Part shown: positions 33,118 to 35,775 of the stretch, piece by piece
Layout of the letters: the number at the start of each line of letters is the position of its first letter
How positions within the stretch are numbered: the stretch's first letter is position 1
Assembly: GCA_003650585.1 (NCBI GenBank)
Contig: QMQS01000001.1
Span: 1 to 35,775 of the forward strand
Source of the DNA: Candidatus Woesearchaeota archaeon
GTDB lineage: Archaea > Nanobdellota > Nanobdellia > Woesearchaeales > B29-G15
Length of the DNA: 35,775 nucleotides
Reading direction: 5' to 3'
Notes under the pieces: model-generated
What the model was told of the DNA's origin: nothing
Seen by the model: only the letters and a program-made list of their open reading frames with translations
Databases searched by the model: none
Program-made: the position numbers and the translations under genes

Positions 33118-35406
33118 TTATTCTTGTTTTAGTTTCTCAACAGTCTTTTTGAGCCAATCGTCCCAGAGTAAGAATATCCTCTTGCTATCCAAGCGGCCCC
33201 TCTCAGCCGCAACCTTCTCGCATATACGGTGGAACTCGTCATTGCATTGTATCACAAACTCTGCTTCGAGTAGTTCAGGCATCTTTTCTCTGTCTGAAAC
33301 CTCTACCAGCCTTTCCTTTACCTTGGCTCTAAGAAGGATGTTGTCCCAAACAGCATCCCAGTCCCCTGCCCACTCTTTAACATTCTCAGCAATCTTCTTT
33401 AAGACCTCTACCTCGCCCTCTAAGAGGTCCTTTGTGGGTTTGAGTTTATCTTCCTTTGCATCGTATTTCATGAGGTCAACAAACCCATGCTCCCGCAATG
33501 GGTCTTCTTCCCATTCTTTGCGTATCTCAGAAATCTGGGTTACCCTGCGCCATTTGTGGAGCCCGTCTGGGCTCTTGATTGGGTTACACACAACCACAAT
33601 GTCTGTTGCTTTGAATGAGGTCTTTGGCACTCCCAGGTCATTCACAACCCTGTCATAAACACCGTAGGGAGAATCACCATGGATAGTGCCTGCCACAACA
33701 TTTGCCATTGCACCCACTCTCATGGCTTCATACAAAGCCAATGCCTCAGTGCTTCGCACCTCACCTATGATTAAACATGAATCCCCAAGACGCAATGTTG
33801 TCCTCAACCCCTCATCAGCAGGCACCTCTGAGGTGCCCTTAGTCATGGCTGAGGCAACCTTCATGTGCTGTATATTGTAGTTCATCTCCCGCAGTGCCTC
33901 AGTGGGAAGCTCTAGCGTATCTTCTATAGTAATAATCCTATACTTTCTCATAATCTCTGTTAATAAAGCGCCCAGTAAACTCGTTTTACCAGCAGACCTT
34001 GTACCTGCAATCAGTATTGTCCTGGCGCCATCAATAAGAAAGCTTAGTAGCCCTGCAGCAAGCGGAGTAAGCATCCTGTTTTTTATAAAGAGTGGGAGTG
34101 TCCATGGCTTATCACGATGGCGTCTGAATGCAAAGGCAAGCCCGCTTGGGTTGAGTGGTTTGGATATCACTGCCACTCTTGCTTTTGCTCCAGGGAGGAT
34201 TATGCCTGTGTCCAAGATGGGGTTTGCCTCATCAAGAGGTCTCCCAGAAATCATCCTGAGTTTGGTTGCCCAGGATTCCACTTCTGTGGGTGTTGGTATG
34301 ATATTGGTCTTGCACTCACCGTAAATCTCATGCACCAAGAAAATAGGGGATTGACCTGTGGGTGAGTTTATGGTGATATCTTGAACCCTCTGATCTTGGA
34401 GCAATACCTCTATGAGCCCAAACCCAACAGTATAGCGCACAAGTATCCTTGCCAACTGGTTCTTCTCCTCTTCTGTTAGCTTGATGTTGTTGTACTCTGC
34501 AAGTTCCTCGATTAGGTCATGCCCCACATTTAAGAAGACTTGCCTCATCCTCTTTGGGTCAACGAACTCCTGTTCACTGGGTTCATGCGCAGAGAGGATC
34601 TTCTTTGCCTGATCAAGCAATTCGTATTTCTCTTCAGAGAGGTTGAACTCTGGAGGTATCACATGGTAGAGGTAAAGCACAGTGTCTTTGAGTTTGAATA
34701 TGCTAACCTCGGTCTCCTCATTTATCTTGTAGGTGTCTATCTCTTCTGCCCCTGATGGGAATGTGGACATGAGTTTGGTGTACATGAAGTCGGGCTTTAT
34801 CGTGGGAGTGAATATCTTTCTATAAACGTCTCTCTCACCCAGCTTGTAACCCGGCAGGTATGGCTTAGCAAGTTTTATGAGCTTGGTTCTACCAAGCTCT
34901 CTCTCAATCACACCCAGCATGCCAATATAATTCTGGATACACTGTGCCCTGTTGGGGTCGCTTTCCTTGTCTAGCTCTATCTTTGCCAACCTTATTAAGC
35001 GTCTAACCTTCACATAAGCCCCAATTGGGTCCTCTTTTATTAACTCGAACAAGATTTTTTTAATCTGCATATAGAAAGCACTGGCGAGACGGGCACATCC
35101 AGGGAGGTTGAGCTTCTCTATATTGAAACTCTCTTTGTCCTTTATCAGCATTGAATAAACTCTGGCTATCTCCTTCAACAGTTCGGTTTGTTCTGTGTCG
35201 TATTCATAGTTTCTCTTCTGCGAGAAAACAAGCTTGGTGGTCGCCTTTGCTTCACTTAGACGCTCAATCACCTGTGCCATACAAACTTTGTTGTCTTCTA
35301 TCGACGGTGAATAAGAGCACTTGTTGCAATTGAACACGAGGATGGTCTCTTCTCCCTCGTGCTCTATAGAATAAGGGCACACCTCCTTTTTTTCATCACC
35401 CACCAT
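33118..35406 (-). CDS. FlaI/PilB/VirB11-like type II/IV secretion ATPase with long N- and C-terminal extensions (762 aa)
   Basis: Walker A GTRSAGKTSLLGALL, Asp/Walker B region RIITIEDTLEL and CLIIGEVR, and His box VAGTIHGDSP. The N-terminus has four Cys (CPY..CNKC..C). About 150 aa of helical sequence follows the ATPase core. Confidence 0.9.
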   Translation of the reverse strand: MVGDEKKEVCPYSIEHEGEETILVFNCNKCSYSPSIEDNKVCMAQVIERLSEAKATTKLVFSQKRNYEYDTEQTELLKEIARVYSMLIKDKESFNIEKLNLPGCARLASAFYMQIKKILFELIKEDPIGAYVKVRRLIRLAKIELDKESDPNRAQCIQNYIGMLGVIERELGRTKLIKLAKPYLPGYKLGERDVYRKIFTPTIKPDFMYTKLMSTFPSGAEEIDTYKINEETEVSIFKLKDTVLYLYHVIPPEFNLSEEKYELLDQAKKILSAHEPSEQEFVDPKRMRQVFLNVGHDLIEELAEYNNIKLTEEEKNQLARILVRYTVGFGLIEVLLQDQRVQDITINSPTGQSPIFLVHEIYGECKTNIIPTPTEVESWATKLRMISGRPLDEANPILDTGIILPGAKARVAVISKPLNPSGLAFAFRRHRDKPWTLPLFIKNRMLTPLAAGLLSFLIDGARTILIAGTRSAGKTSLLGALLTEIMRKYRIITIEDTLELPTEALREMNYNIQHMKVASAMTKGTSEVPADEGLRTTLRLGDSCLIIGEVRSTEALALYEAMRVGAMANVVAGTIHGDSPYGVYDRVVNDLGVPKTSFKATDIVVVCNPIKSPDGLHKWRRVTQISEIRKEWEEDPLREHGFVDLMKYDAKEDKLKPTKDLLEGEVEVLKKIAENVKEWAGDWDAVWDNILLRAKVKERLVEVSDREKMPELLEAEFVIQCNDEFHRICEKVAAERGRLDSKRIFLLWDDWLKKTVEKLKQE

Positions 35407-35495
35407 TTTTATATCACTTTACTATGGCAACAAAAGTTATTTATTTCAGTGTCTCTGGATAGAGTTGTGCTTGTATATAAATATGTCGGTGAAAA

Positions 35496-35775
35496 ATGAT
35501 GGAGCAACCCAAAGGTCTGTTCGGGAAACCAAAGGGTGGAAGCCTTAGTGGCTCAGCCGGAACAACCCCACCCATTGATGCATCAACCCTGGCAAACCTG
35601 AATCGCAGAATGAGGATGCTAGAAGAGCGTGTCTTTAATCTACAGAGAAAGCAACAGGTGACAGAGGAAAACCTTGTTGAGACAACAAAGGACTTTGGTT
35701 CAGAGATAAAGATGCTTAACCAAGAATTGGCAGAAGTCAAGTCAAATTTTATTGACCTTAGAGACAGGCTTGAGA
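35496..35775 (+). CDS. partial CDS (5' end only): coiled-coil protein, unknown function
   Basis: Open from ATG 35496/35499 to the window edge: MMEQPKGLFGKPKGGSLSGSAGTTPPIDASTLANLNRRMRMLEERVFNLQRKQQVTEENLVETTKDFGSEIKMLNQELAEVKSNFIDLRDRLE. GGTGA lies 3-6 nt upstream. A heptad-like helical region follows a G/S/P-rich head. It is transcribed divergently from the ATPase gene. Confidence 0.5.
   Translation, partial: MMEQPKGLFGKPKGGSLSGSAGTTPPIDASTLANLNRRMRMLEERVFNLQRKQQVTEENLVETTKDFGSEIKMLNQELAEVKSNFIDLRDRLE

Noticed and set aside
33149-34324. Plus-strand ORFs of 169 and 140 aa inside the ATPase gene; similar antisense ORFs at 14116-14658, 3415-3915 and 17022-17438
   Set aside because: All are antisense to CDS with strong motif support, are Ser/Leu-rich, and lack promoters and SD sequences. 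I treat them as frame shadows.
35441-35740. 99-aa minus-strand ORF at the right edge
   Set aside because: It has Ser/Phe/Arg/Cys-rich shadow-frame composition and no start context. The opposite strand carries an open coiled-coil ORF with SD and start codon that runs off the window.
1-35775. Search for CRISPR arrays, tRNA or rRNA genes, IS elements and long nucleotide repeats
   Set aside because: Non-coding DNA totals under 1 kb. The only long gap (19193-19403) has no cloverleaf or repeat-spacer structure. The A1/A2 and B1/B2 paralogs are too diverged to form DNA repeats visible by eye. A computational repeat scan would be needed to be definitive.

Overview
Compact archaeal chromosomal window. 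The archaeal call rests on eL42/L44e, eS27, aIF2-alpha, Nop10, a PAC2 chaperone, a GINS-like protein, an S-layer protein, a FlaI/FlaJ-type pilus motor, and BRE/TATA-like elements about 19-24 nt upstream of many start codons, which implies mostly leaderless or short-leader mRNAs. I support about 29 CDS, including one 59-aa gene (eS27) missing from the ORF track and one partial gene at the 3' edge. I saw no rRNA, tRNA, CRISPR array, transposase or integrase. Coding density is very high, with ATGA/TAAATG coupled junctions and four convergent gene pairs that meet or overlap at their stop codons. Recognisable housekeeping genes are metG, enolase, type-2 MetAP, SppA, a radical SAM enzyme, an Lrp/AsnC regulator, a ZPR1 zinc finger and the L44e-S27e-aIF2alpha-Nop10 cluster. 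The stand-out is a 13.9 kb, six-gene, translationally coupled operon (2992-16876). It encodes only exported or membrane proteins that I cannot assign to any named family. It looks like two diverged copies of a two-gene module: A, a 630-710 aa protein with a prepilin-type class III signal peptide, and B, a 1050-1360 aa protein with Ig-like repeats and a Cys-rich core. In copy 1 the region that is fused in B2 is split between two ORFs, and a polytopic membrane protein follows. An oversized FlaI-like ATPase and FlaJ/TadC-like platform pair (30924-35406) in the same window is the kind of machine that assembles class III substrates, so I propose a candidate undescribed surface or attachment apparatus. 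The second item of interest is a PRTase-motif ORF (25410-26648) inserted antisense between Nop10 and PAC2. All family names come from motif recognition by eye. No database search was possible, and the guess that this is a small-genome (DPANN-like) archaeon is inference only.
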